Shown: positions 19,437 through 30,017 of the stretch, piece by piece | Numbering within the stretch: position 1 is the first letter of the stretch | Layout of the letters: the number at the start of each line of letters is the position of its first letter | Assembly: GCA_964195315.1 (NCBI GenBank) | Contig: CAXMOZ010000089.1 | Coordinates: forward strand, 17,086-81,085 | Length of the DNA: 64,000 nucleotides | Source: an uncultured Acidimicrobiia bacterium | GTDB taxonomy: Bacteria > Pseudomonadota > Gammaproteobacteria > GCA-001735895 | Direction: 5' to 3' | Made by a program: the position numbers and the translations under genes | The notes under the pieces: model-generated | Told to the model about the DNA's origin: nothing | Databases searched by the model: none | Seen by the model: the letters and a program-made list of their open reading frames with translations, nothing else

Positions 19437-20636
19437 GTGATCGAAATAATGCAGGGTCAACCAATGTTGATCGAAAATAGAGTGCCTCGACAAGACTGGG
19501 ATCGAGCCCCGTGGAATCGTTGGAGTTTTCAAAATATACGCCAGATTTTACCGACCACCGAAGTTTGGCGTGGCAATGGGAAAGTGCGCGAAATACCACG
19601 CCAAATACTCAATAAGGCGCAAGATATTAGTTATCTTCCAGTCGTTACATCGGACGCGAGACCTTCAACCATACAAACCTGGATAGACTCCAGCTACACC
19701 GATGGCATCGTTGTTTTGCATCATGGGGCGATAGTATTCGAGCAATATCACAACGGCATGTCAGAGCGAACATTACATCTGTCGCAGTCGATGGCGAAAT
19801 CAATCGTGGCTTCAGTCGCGGGTATATTAATGGGCCGAGGTTTATTGAGCCCAACCGAACAGGTCACCACCTACCTGCCTGAACTGGAAGCCACTGGATG
19901 GAAAGGGTCAACCTTACAGCAAGTAATGGACATGACGACTGGTGTGCGCTATATCGAAGACTACGAAGCACTCGACTCCGACATTGCGGTGACAGACTTT
20001 GCTTCAGGTTGGAAGCTACCCCCTCCTGGCAGTGCCACACCAACCTGCCTGTGGGATCAAATTTTAACCCTGACCGAAACCACTCGAGCGCATGGTGAGC
20101 TATTTAATTACCGTTCTATTGAAACTGATGTGCTCGCGCATTGCATGGAGCGTGTGACTCAAACCCGCCTCGCTGACCTGGTGAGCAACGAGCTTTGGCA
20201 ACCATTAGGCTGCGAAGAAAGCGCTAGTTTCACTGTTGACTCAGCTGGCTATGCGCTGGCTAACGGTGGCTTTAATGCGACCTTGCGAGACTACGCACGC
20301 TTCGGCCAAATGTTACTAGAACAAGGTAGTGTGGACGATAAGCAAATCGTACCCATGCGTTGGATCCATGATATTCACAATGCTAACCCTCAATTGTTTG
20401 GTGAGCCCTATACTTTTAGCACCCCTAATGGTGCTTATAAAAATCAGTTTTGGATCGAAGATGTTGCCCAAAAAGCATTTATGGCGAGGGGTGTTTTTGG
20501 CCAATTGATATACATTGATCCTGCCCACGACATGGTCGTGGTGAAGCTGTCGAGTTGTCCCGAGTTTGTTTCGGCGCCGCGATTACAGGATGATTTGAAT
20601 TCGATTCATGCTATAGCAAATGCTTTTCATGGCTAA
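19437..20636 (+). CDS. Serine hydrolase, beta-lactamase class C / NylB-like
   Basis: SMAK (SxxK), FNYRS, GVFGQ; NRWSFQN N-terminal motif of NylB-like proteins. Confidence 0.9.
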   Translation: MIEIMQGQPMLIENRVPRQDWDRAPWNRWSFQNIRQILPTTEVWRGNGKVREIPRQILNKAQDISYLPVVTSDARPSTIQTWIDSSYTDGIVVLHHGAIVFEQYHNGMSERTLHLSQSMAKSIVASVAGILMGRGLLSPTEQVTTYLPELEATGWKGSTLQQVMDMTTGVRYIEDYEALDSDIAVTDFASGWKLPPPGSATPTCLWDQILTLTETTRAHGELFNYRSIETDVLAHCMERVTQTRLADLVSNELWQPLGCEESASFTVDSAGYALANGGFNATLRDYARFGQMLLEQGSVDDKQIVPMRWIHDIHNANPQLFGEPYTFSTPNGAYKNQFWIEDVAQKAFMARGVFGQLIYIDPAHDMVVVKLSSCPEFVSAPRLQDDLNSIHAIANAFHG

Positions 20637-20681
20637 AGCTGATTCAAGCCTGAGCCACTAGACTTCGCTAAAGTTACAATA

Positions 20682-21182
20682 ATGACCAATAGTAAAAAGC
20701 ACATTTTTAGAAATACCCAAACGGCTAATGACATGTCAATCATAGATACTTGTGGCTGTACCGAACAAACCGGTCAATGGCAGCAATACCCAAGGCTAAG
20801 CAATCACCAACTAGTCGACTGGGTCGCTATTGGTGCTGGTTTCACCGGGATTGCCGCCGCGAGACGCCTCTCCCAACTTGACCCCAATAAACGAGTATTA
20901 CAGATTGATGGCAAACAACAAGGGCAGGGCTCTAGCGCTCGAAACTCTGGTTTCGCTGTCGCATATGACATGCTCAAATACAGACTAAAGCCGGACGTGA
21001 AGGTTAGATGGCACGCCACACCATCGACAGTGCGGGTGTTGCCGAGGTCGAAAGGCTAGTGACTGAACATCAAATAGCCTGCGACTGGAGCAGAACAGGA
21101 TCAATTCATGCGGCAGCAGATCACAAAAATTTTGTTGCTATCAATAAGCATCAGCAGTGCTTTCCTGAATTCGTTACTGTTA
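20682..21182 (+). pseudogene. Truncated FAD-dependent (DAO-family) oxidoreductase fragment
   Basis: Rossmann IGAGFTG and GSSARNSGF, then frameshift, TAG at 21005-21007, continuation IDSAGVAEVERLV...CDW..TG, then truncation at the convergent amidohydrolase. Confidence 0.8.
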
Positions 21183-22703
21183 TTACCTGGATCGATCTGC
21201 TGCCAGTGAGTTACGATCAATGACGCGTCCCCCCAAAACAAGCCAACGAATTTGATCATAAGCTTCAACCGAGTCGAGCGGGTTTGATTCTAGCAACAGC
21301 AGGTTTGCGGTTTTACCTGGTTCGACGCTGCCGTAGCGATCTTCTAGTCCAAACATCCTGGCATTGTTGATGGTTGCCGATTCCAATAATTTTCTTAAAG
21401 GTATGCCCAAGGCTGCCATGTGAACCATTTCTTGATAGCTGCTTAACCCTGGGAGATTGGCATGACCGGGTGTCGCAGGATGATCACTGGCGAGTAACAG
21501 GTCATGGCCGACCTCAGACAAGTAGCGCACACTTCGCTCGCTGCGACTGATGGGGATATTCATTAATGTAGCGATGCGGTCATCGGGTAGCTTATCGAAA
21601 CCCTCTTGTGCCAGTTCTCTTTTGAACTGGTGTGCAGCAGATGTTCGATACCATTCGAGCAGTTCGGCTGGCACTACTTTCTTCAATATTGGGTCGTCTA
21701 AATGATCAGGAATAAATAGTGATTGCATGCTGTCCATCACCTGGAGTGTTGGTTGGTAGCCGATGCCATTGGCATGTACTGTATCGAGGTGTTGGCGAAT
21801 TTCTTCCGGCATGCCGTTATGCTTCCGGTATTGATTCCAATTCCACAGGCCGTGTCCTAAAACATCCACGCCTGCCTTTACGGCAAGTTGTTACATGTCG
21901 AGTGCATTCGCATGCCCGATAACTTTAAGATTTTTAGCATGTGCAGCATGGATAACTCGCTCGATACTTTCATCGCTCAGCATTGGCCAGTCGTTGATCA
22001 AATCCCAGCCGTCTTCAAAAAACAGCTTTAGGCAGATAGCACCACCATCATTCATTCGTCTGACGACCGCTTCAGGCTTATGTTGCGAAAGATCCAGGTT
22101 GTGTGGGCTGGATTCAGTCGGAGTGTTTTCGTAAATACGATAGGGCAGGGTATTGTCGATTGCATCTGTGTCCATGAAGTTAGTTGGATAACCGGTGGCC
22201 AATGGAGCAGCACCACAGTGGAATATATCTGGGGTTAACGCCCGATTTTGGGACAGGGCTAAAGTTGCAGGATGCGCAGCTGGATCTAAAATTTGAGTCA
22301 CGCCAAAATAGAGCAGGCTACGCTCAAATTGTTGTTCGTATAGCTCAGTCATTCGAGCAAATTTCTGAGAGCGCTGTCCGCCCTTGGATCCGAGACCAGG
22401 AATAACCAACGTATGCAAGTGACTGTCCATCAGGCTAGGTTTAAGGAAAAGGTTACTGCCATCTAACACCTGCGTATTGGCCTTAGGCCGAATAGGCTGC
22501 TCGCTCACGGCTTCAATTTTGCCATCTCGAATGAGAACCGACGCGTGATGCAGTGGTGTCGAGCGTTCAGGTGACACTACAGTTGTGTTTTGAATAATCA
22601 GGTCGGCGGCTATTGCTTGCCCTGCCTCAGCAACGGAAATAATGGTCAATAAAAAAGAAATCAAAAATGGGTTCATAGGTTTTGAAAAGTGAGTAGTCAT
22701 CAT
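21183..22703 (-). pseudogene. Secreted amidohydrolase interrupted by one in-frame TAA
   Basis: Two ORFs in the same frame; read-through gives GHANALDM*QLAVKAGVDVLGHG (stop at 21891-21893); DSHLH, GHA, GHG, ASD metal ligands; hydrophobic N-terminus. Confidence 0.85.
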
Positions 22704-22753
22704 TTATCCTCATCAGGTTAGAGGCTCTATTGTGTTGTCTTTTGTTAAGGCCA

Positions 22754-22779
22754 ACGACCTCAAACGCGATTGAGGTCGT
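22754..22779. promoter_or_regulatory. Perfect 10-bp inverted repeat, candidate operator
   Basis: ACGACCTCAA-acgcga-TTGAGGTCGT between the divergent amidohydrolase and AraC genes. Confidence 0.5.
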
Positions 22780-22833
22780 CTCTAATCACGATCCAGTACA
22801 TACTTTCGCCAAATTTCAGTGAGGTGGCGTTCA

Positions 22834-23841
22834 ATGCCAATGATTCCTTTGTCCATCGTCCTGGCCTTGATGCTGGGATATTTTTTGTTGATCGAATTGA
22901 CGCGGCCATCTCCACGTAATCGTTTTGCCTGTGTGTTTTTAATTTTAGTGATGGTGCAGTTCACCATTGTTGGTATACGTTTTGGCTACGGTGTCGAAGT
23001 GTTTGGCGAAATATTTCCGATGACGGCAGCATTGATTGGGCTGTTGGCTTTTTTGAGCTTTCAAAACCCAGCTAATCTAAATGAAAATCCACTGTGGCCT
23101 GCTTTACTGCATCTTGTGCCATTGAGTGTTGCTTTGCTGTTAACACTATTTGCACCTAACTTCATCGATCTCGCACAGGGCTTGTTTACCTTTTTTTATG
23201 CGGTAGCACTGACACTACTGGGTTTACGTGAACGCGATACATTTCCCTGGGTTGATTTCAACCGGCGCGAATATGTGCGTCGAGCATTGTGGTGCGTGGT
23301 TGCACTGGCGTTTATGTCGGCAATTACCGATTTTGTCATTGCCGTCGATGACCAGCAGACTCAGGGCGCTAATATCCCGGGCATCGTCGGTTGGACATCA
23401 ATTATCGCAGCACTATTATTTACCTCCTTTATTGTTTGGCAGAAACGCAGTGAAAATCGGCCAGAAGTCGCGACCGATGTCCGCATGAAACCGGTCGACA
23501 GTAACGCAGAAGTCAAATTGCTAGCACAGCTTGATAATCTGATAGCTGCCACTCAACTTTATTTAGACCCTGATTTAAACCTGAACCGAATGGCGCGAAA
23601 GTTGGGTGTACCGAGCAGACAGATATCTGTAGCAATCAATCGACAGCGCTCTGTCAATGTTTCGCAATTCATTAATGGCTTACGAATTGATGAAGCTTGC
23701 CAGTTACTGAGAGAAACCAACTTATCCGTCACTCGAGTCATGTTACAGTCAGGGTTTATAACCAAGTCTAACTTTAATCGCGATTTTAGCCGCCGTATGG
23801 GTAGTAGCCCTAGCGTATGGCGTGCTGGTTTTGTAGGGTAA
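22834..23841 (+). CDS. AraC-family regulator with N-terminal multi-TM sensor domain
   Basis: About 7 hydrophobic segments, then LYLDPDLNLNRMARKLGVP..IS and SGFITKSNFNRDF; ATG 22834 follows GAGGTG. Confidence 0.9.
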   Translation: MPMIPLSIVLALMLGYFLLIELTRPSPRNRFACVFLILVMVQFTIVGIRFGYGVEVFGEIFPMTAALIGLLAFLSFQNPANLNENPLWPALLHLVPLSVALLLTLFAPNFIDLAQGLFTFFYAVALTLLGLRERDTFPWVDFNRREYVRRALWCVVALAFMSAITDFVIAVDDQQTQGANIPGIVGWTSIIAALLFTSFIVWQKRSENRPEVATDVRMKPVDSNAEVKLLAQLDNLIAATQLYLDPDLNLNRMARKLGVPSRQISVAINRQRSVNVSQFINGLRIDEACQLLRETNLSVTRVMLQSGFITKSNFNRDFSRRMGSSPSVWRAGFVG

Positions 23842-24068
23842 CATCAGCAAAGGTTGATCAAGTGCATCCCTGAGCCAGCCATTAAGAGGAGCGCTCATTG
23901 GTGTCGCTCAAAAAATAGTGGAGGGCGGCTAAACAACAAAAGAGAAGCATCTTTACAATTTTGTGTCACTGTGCATTGTATTTCGAGGGAATCTGCATAG
24001 GTAATGAAAATGAAAGCGATTCATACCTACTAATATTATTAGGTTGTTACTTAACCTGAGAGATATCA

Positions 24069-24458
24069 ATGAATACCATCAGGCACGGCATTATTTTGAA
24101 CGTCGAAAACTTTGAATCATGTGTAAAGTTTTATCGGAGTGTTTTTGACCTTCCGCTGATGTTTGAAAAAAATGAGGGTTCTTTTAAACTCTGTTGTCTC
24201 GAGTATGGCGATTGCTACCTGATGATCGAAACCGAAGGTGTTGCAAGTTCAAAAGAAAAATCAATAGCCGAGTGCCCGACTAAGTTTTGTTTCAATGTTC
24301 CAAATATTGATGACGCATTGGTACACCTCAAAAAACTTAATATTGAAGCTACCATTATTACAAACGACTGGGGTTCAACGATAAATATATTTGACCCTGA
24401 TGGAAACCGAATCGGTATTAGAGATGAGGCTAGTTTTTGTAAACAAATAGATCCCTGA
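24069..24458 (+). CDS. VOC/glyoxalase/bleomycin-resistance family protein
   Basis: CVKFYRSVFDL, DWG, FDPDGNRI. Confidence 0.8.
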   Translation: MNTIRHGIILNVENFESCVKFYRSVFDLPLMFEKNEGSFKLCCLEYGDCYLMIETEGVASSKEKSIAECPTKFCFNVPNIDDALVHLKKLNIEATIITNDWGSTINIFDPDGNRIGIRDEASFCKQIDP

Positions 24459-24530
24459 CAATTACTGGTCTTCATGAGTTAAGATATTCAGTATCCAGGT
24501 CACTTTTTGAAACGATGACACGAGCCTTCT

Positions 24531-24929
24531 ATGATTAAAGGAAGTTGTTTATGCCAGCAATGTAGGTACGAAGCAGGGGGCGAACTATTTGATGTTTTGC
24601 ATTGTCATTGCTCAATTTGCAGAAAATTACATGGGTCAGCCTTCGCGACTTACGGCGGTGTCTTACAGGATAAGTTTAAATGGATTGGTGACACATCAAC
24701 ATTAAATAAATATCAATCACCAAATAATGTAGCGCGATATTTTTGTGGTAATTGCAGCTCGTTACTGATGTCGATAGATAGCTCAGAGCCTAATACGGTT
24801 TACCTCAGTTTAGGTGGTGTTGATACCAACAATGAGATCAGTCCAGAATACCATCAGTTCGTTGCATCAAAAGCATCGTGGCATGAAGTTAATGATCACT
24901 TGCCTAAATTTAATGAGTCTGTAGATTAA
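24531..24929 (+). CDS. GFA (CENP-V) family Zn protein
   Basis: GSCLC, CHCSICRK, FCGNCSS. Confidence 0.9.
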   Translation: MIKGSCLCQQCRYEAGGELFDVLHCHCSICRKLHGSAFATYGGVLQDKFKWIGDTSTLNKYQSPNNVARYFCGNCSSLLMSIDSSEPNTVYLSLGGVDTNNEISPEYHQFVASKASWHEVNDHLPKFNESVD

Positions 24930-24941
24930 TTTCTTTAGACA

Positions 24942-24973
24942 GTAGAAGGTTGGGTTGAAGTATGAAACCCAAC
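24942..24973 (+). repeat. Single REP-like hairpin of a second family
   Basis: GTAGAAG-GTTGGGTT-gaagtatga-AACCCAAC: GTAG foot plus 8-bp stem; only one copy in the window. Confidence 0.45.
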
Positions 24974-25099
24974 AAGGGGTGCCCTCTCAGAGTCTAATCA
25001 ATCTTTATCTTCGAGGCTGTGTTAGTCAATACCGTAAAGCCGTTGTCCAATGGGAAACTTTTGGATAAATATTAGCAATGCTTCGATCTCTAATTTCAA

Positions 25100-28000
25100 T
25101 CAACGAAACGCCCGCGGTTTAACCAGCTCTACAGTTTCTATTACATCAGCTTGTTCTTTCTGATGGCGTTTTCGCATTGGCAATAAACTGGCTGTTTTGA
25201 CAGGTTCGAAAACTCGTTTAACCAAAATCGAATGTGATTCATTCACTCGCTGTAACTTGCCCACGACACAAAGATACGCCTCTTGATCAACCTGTTGATG
25301 GAATCGCATATAAACTTGCGGAGTAAAGGCGAGGTTAAAAAAACCTTTTTCATCTTCCGTAGTGACGAACACCATGCCTTTGGCTGAACCAGGAGATTGC
25401 TTTGTGAGCACCATGCCAAATACAAAGACATCGCAATTGGCTGTCAATGAAATTAATTCGCTCGACTGAGTAAACTTTTCCAATGCGACTGTAAACGGCC
25501 ATTGCTGTTGCTTAATGACGCGCACAGGGTGGTCGGCCAGACTAGTTTTAAAAGCCTTAAAGTCTTTTTGAATTCGCTCCATGGCTTGCTCTGGTTTCCA
25601 TTCAATCGGGCGTTCCTGATCATCCATTATTGATTGATAAGGGACTGCTTCGGCTTTCCATAATGCTTGTGAACGGGCCTGTCCGAGTTCACGAAAAACA
25701 TTGGTTGCGGCTAGCGTGGTGAGGTCATCGCGTGGCAATTGATTGGTTTGTACGAAGTGCTCAAAATTGTTCCAGCTACCCACTGTTCCTCGAACATTCA
25801 ACAGGCTATCTACTGCAGATTGAGACAAGCCATTGACAATACGAAATCCCAAACGGATGCCACATTTTTCATTATCGCCTAGCCTTTCCAGGGCATGATC
25901 CCAGTTCGAAATATTGAGTGACAATGGCAGTACGCTGACGCCTTCACGTTGTGCGCTTTGCAACAAGGCATGCGGGGAATAAAAACCCATCGGCTGTGAG
26001 TTTAAAACCGAAGTATAAAAAGCGGCAGGGTAATGGCATTTCAAATAACAGGAGACATAAGCGATCAATGAAAATGACACAGCATGTGATTCAGGAAAAC
26101 CATAGTCTGAGAAACCTTTCATTTGAGCGATAATCTGCTTGGCGAACTCTGCTGCGATACCATTCTCCTGCATACCTTGTTCGAGTTTTTTGAGTAGAGG
26201 GTTTATTTCTCGATCGAAATCCTTAATGCCCCAGGAACCAATTTTTTTACGTAACTCATCAGCTTCGCCACCGCTAAAATTACCGACCTCAATGGCAATT
26301 CGCATGGCCTGTTCCTGAAAAATGGCAATGCCCAATGTGCGTTTCAGTATTGGCTCGAGACGCTTATCTGGGTAAGTTATTGGTTCCAGTCCTTCACGCC
26401 TGGCGAGAAAAGGGTGTATGACCTTGCCTTGAATAGGGCCGGGACGAATGATTGCGATTTCGATTACCAGGTCGTAAAAACAGGCGGGTTTGAGACGCGG
26501 CAACATAGACATCTGTGCCCGTGATTCGATCTGGAAGGTGCCCACGGTTTCGGCCTTCTGTATCATTTGATAGGTTGCTTTATCATCATCTGGAATGCTG
26601 TGAAAACTTAACTTGCGACCATAAAACTGTTCGATAGTGTCGAAGCATTTTCGGATTGCGCTCAACATGCCTAAACTGAGTATGTCGATTTTAAAAAAGC
26701 CAAGTGCTTCTATATCCTCCTTACACCACTGAATCACGGTTCTGCCTTGCATGGTTGCAGGCTCTTGCGGTAACAGGCAATTAAGTGTTTTGTCGGCCAA
26801 CATGAAACCACCTGAATGTATGCCGATATGTCTGGGGAAACCCTGTAGCTTATTGCTGAGTTGGGTCCATAGCTTCCAGCTTATTTTTGGTGTATCCATA
26901 TTCTTATCTTCATAGTCATCTTTTAATGCCTTTACTATATTTTCCATACCACTGCCGCGAAAATATCGACTAGTGGCTATTTTTGATATTTGCTTGAGCA
27001 TCACTTCGCTGGCCCCCAGTGTTTTGCCCACCGCACGCAATGTGCCCTTGGCACGAAAGGTGATGATGTTGGCCACCATCGCTGCTCGGTCACGACCATA
27101 ACGTGCGTAGATATATTGAATCACTTCTTCACGCCGCTCATGTTCAAAGTCGACATCAATATCGGGAGGGTCTCCACGTTCCATACTAATAAAGCGTTCA
27201 AACAGCAGATCAAACTGGTCAGGGTTTACCGAGGTAATACCTAGCACATAACACACCGTAGAATTCGCTGCCGAACCACGACCCTGGCATAGGATATTTT
27301 GCTGTCTTGCCCATTGAACAATGTCCCAAACGGTTAAAAAGTAATCGGCAAAATTGAGCTGTTGAATTAGCCCCAGCTCGTGCTTGATCAAACCCAATAC
27401 TTTGTCGGACGGACTTTGATTAAAATATTGTTGTGTGCCCTGGTTCACCAGTTCGGTCAGGTAGGACTGTGCATCTCTGCCGGCAGGTAGCATTTCCTTC
27501 GGGTATTGATAACTCAACTGGCTGAGATCAAATACACAGGCATCATTTAACCTAGCCGACAAGGATAGAGCCTGCTGATAATTCGGTATGGTGGAAAATA
27601 GGCGGTGTAGTTCGGCCTGATGATGTAAGCATCGTTCACTGTTCGGGAAATAATGTTGAGGGCAACCATCGAAGGTAGTGTTATTGCGGATTGCCTGCAT
27701 CAAGTCGCTCATAATTTTTTCGCTACGCTGGTGAAAAAAAACATCCTGGCTAAGCAGTATTTCTAGCTGATTTTTTTTAGCGATTTCCAGTGTGGGCTTT
27801 ATCCAACGGTCTTCTGCTGGGTGGAGGTGTCGACTGATCGCTAGATAAAAACTGCCCTGAAATAGTGCCCCTAATTCAGCGTAATATTGTGGTGAGTTTT
27901 GGCAGCGAATATTGCCGCGCATTGGTTGAATAGCAATCACGCCAGATACATCGCTATTGAGCAAATATTCAAGAGGAATATTGGCATAATCTTTACCCGC

Positions 28001-28360
28001 CCGATGGGCGTAACTCAGCAGTTTATTCATATTGGCATAACCTGCTAAATCTTTCGCTATCAGCACTAGCGTGTCCTGTAACAAAACGGGTAAGTGATGA
28101 TCTTTTTTAAAGTGAATTTCGGCACCATAATTTAGTTTTAAATTTTTATGCTGGCCCTGTTTTTTTAAATAATCGAGCTCTCTATAACAACGTGCCAGTC
28201 CATAGCTGCCATCAAAGTCGTTGATACACAAAGAGTTATAACCCAAATTATTGGCACGCGAAATTAAATCAGCAGGATGCGAAGCGCCCTGCAAAAAACT
28301 AAAGTTGGTTTTGCATAACCATTCATTAAAATTTGAAAAAGAGTTTTTATTTGAAAGCAT
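25100..28360 (-). CDS. dnaE2: Error-prone DNA polymerase III alpha subunit
   Basis: TNFSFLQGASHP, GRGSAA, PDIDVDFE catalytic Asp motif, GFPESHA, SQPMGFY (DnaE2 signature). Confidence 0.95.
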   Translation of the reverse strand: MLSNKNSFSNFNEWLCKTNFSFLQGASHPADLISRANNLGYNSLCINDFDGSYGLARCYRELDYLKKQGQHKNLKLNYGAEIHFKKDHHLPVLLQDTLVLIAKDLAGYANMNKLLSYAHRAGKDYANIPLEYLLNSDVSGVIAIQPMRGNIRCQNSPQYYAELGALFQGSFYLAISRHLHPAEDRWIKPTLEIAKKNQLEILLSQDVFFHQRSEKIMSDLMQAIRNNTTFDGCPQHYFPNSERCLHHQAELHRLFSTIPNYQQALSLSARLNDACVFDLSQLSYQYPKEMLPAGRDAQSYLTELVNQGTQQYFNQSPSDKVLGLIKHELGLIQQLNFADYFLTVWDIVQWARQQNILCQGRGSAANSTVCYVLGITSVNPDQFDLLFERFISMERGDPPDIDVDFEHERREEVIQYIYARYGRDRAAMVANIITFRAKGTLRAVGKTLGASEVMLKQISKIATSRYFRGSGMENIVKALKDDYEDKNMDTPKISWKLWTQLSNKLQGFPRHIGIHSGGFMLADKTLNCLLPQEPATMQGRTVIQWCKEDIEALGFFKIDILSLGMLSAIRKCFDTIEQFYGRKLSFHSIPDDDKATYQMIQKAETVGTFQIESRAQMSMLPRLKPACFYDLVIEIAIIRPGPIQGKVIHPFLARREGLEPITYPDKRLEPILKRTLGIAIFQEQAMRIAIEVGNFSGGEADELRKKIGSWGIKDFDREINPLLKKLEQGMQENGIAAEFAKQIIAQMKGFSDYGFPESHAVSFSLIAYVSCYLKCHYPAAFYTSVLNSQPMGFYSPHALLQSAQREGVSVLPLSLNISNWDHALERLGDNEKCGIRLGFRIVNGLSQSAVDSLLNVRGTVGSWNNFEHFVQTNQLPRDDLTTLAATNVFRELGQARSQALWKAEAVPYQSIMDDQERPIEWKPEQAMERIQKDFKAFKTSLADHPVRVIKQQQWPFTVALEKFTQSSELISLTANCDVFVFGMVLTKQSPGSAKGMVFVTTEDEKGFFNLAFTPQVYMRFHQQVDQEAYLCVVGKLQRVNESHSILVKRVFEPVKTASLLPMRKRHQKEQADVIETVELVKPRAFR

Positions 28361-28518
28361 GATAAATATTCCAAATTGGCCTTAGAACGTCTCTTAAAAT
28401 AGTATTTTTTCGTGAATGCCAGAAGCCGGTGCCCAGCGGTGGCATCAGCCAGCGGGTGGCACACCAGCTAAGGAGCTAACGCGGCAATCATCGAAAAAGT
28501 GCATTTTTTTGAGGTGTC

Positions 28519-30017
28519 CTAGGTGTATTCACCTTGTTTAAACCACCTCCCTTCACCATCACGATATACCCAGCTTGCGTGCCCCTGATTATTTTTCAGA
28601 ACATAATAATCCTTGTTCTGATTGATCGATTCATCCCGTAGCCACCAACGACTGCCACAACGCTCTAAAAATTGATGTGGTTTGGTTGATGGGGTATCTA
28701 TTGGCTGTGATTCAGAATGGTAGAAAAGTGGTCGTTGGTTCGAACTGATAGACCATTGAAGATGATCAAAAGAGATTTCTGGAGTACTCCCAATAGGGGA
28801 TGTTTCGAATGACTGTTCTGGGCAAAAGTTTGCCTCGCAATGATAAGCCTCAATCAGCGTCGGTAACTTGTTTTGCAGTTCGCGTATATCCTCTAATTTG
28901 ATATCGGAACTTTCGTTCTCCAAACCTTCATGTCTAAATAAATCCCAGAGAACAGGCGGCAATTGAATGCGCTCACAAACTTCAACAGACCAGCTGAGCA
29001 AAGGCATTGTTTCTGGCAGGTCGAGATCTTCATCACGATTTTTTAATTGCCGCATTAAATCATCATAAACATACCAGGCCTGATACATTGCTGTTTTAAA
29101 TTCGGGTGATTCGCGGTGTAGCGAGTAAGGATGTCGAAACGATAATTCGACATCGATAACCTGATCATTAAATAATGTGATCTTCCAGAGCATACGATTG
29201 ATATGCTCATTTTCATTACCTTTGAATTGCAGGCAGAGTTTTTTGAAGTCCTCACATAGTAGAGCTTTTATATGTGACCATTGATTCAGCGGATATTCGA
29301 GGTCTCGGCTTACCGATGGCCGCAATGGCTCAGCAAAGGGTATCCAGGGGAAACCTTGCAGGTCGGATGATCGCGTATTGCTTGATTGGGCAAATGTCCA
29401 TCGCCAAATCTTACCGGCCCAAACATCAAAACGCCGGCTGATTGCATGAGCATCCGCCTGTTGTAAAGCAAAAGGCCCCGTGAGACTGATTCGATTTATA
29501 AAACGTTTCAGCTGCGCCTGTTTGCTTCGGAAAGATGCCATATTAAACTGCTTGGCGTTGATCTGTTCGGGTGATGGGTCAGCGTTTGTTGGGGTGCAAA
29601 CCAGAATCGCCAGCCCAATTTTATATATATATTACGATTCAGCAAACTCTGTAAAAAGTAAACACCTTGAGCCTGCTGATTCACCTGATAGCTCAGATAA
29701 ACCAGGTATTGCCAGGGGTGGTTGGCAAAAACTGCGATGTATTTTGCACCAAAAGAGTAGTTTAATATCCGATCAAAAAATTGATTTAGATCGCATTGGT
29801 ATTTTTGTTGTTGCGCCAGCCAAAACTGTTCGCAGTCATCCACTTTGCATAACAGAATGTCATCACTCCAAAGCATCACGTTAGGTGATAAGGCAAATGG
29901 GTTAGCTGTTACCTGAGGTGAGTGAATAGCAACATAAGCGGGAAAGCTATCAGCGGCTGTCAGTTGGTTTAGTCGTATAACAGCTTTAGTGGCGCCTTTC
30001 ATTTTATGGTTGTTCAT
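28519..30017 (-). pseudogene. Highly divergent ImuB-like protein split by a -1 frameshift
   Basis: Two overlapping ORFs between the imuA-like gene and dnaE2; C-terminal DYYVLKNNQGHASWVYR..W..QG matches the ImuB tail; rejoined length about 499 aa. Confidence 0.65.

Noticed and set aside
23895-23935. GGTGTCGCTCAAAAAATAG..., possibly an IS end
   Set aside because: No matching inverted repeat, target duplication or transposase in the window
23842-24960. Possible integron cassettes (VOC and GFA genes are common cassette cargo)
   Set aside because: No convincing attC sites (RYYYAAC...GTTRRRY) and no integrase seen
28361-28518. GC-rich near-tandem CCAGCG(G)GTGGCA repeat and a 66-aa ORF before dnaE2
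   Set aside because: Only two imperfect 12-13 bp units; the ORF overlaps dnaE2 out of frame with no motif
29480-29884. 134-aa plus-strand ORF
   Set aside because: Antisense to the imuB-like gene; no family signal
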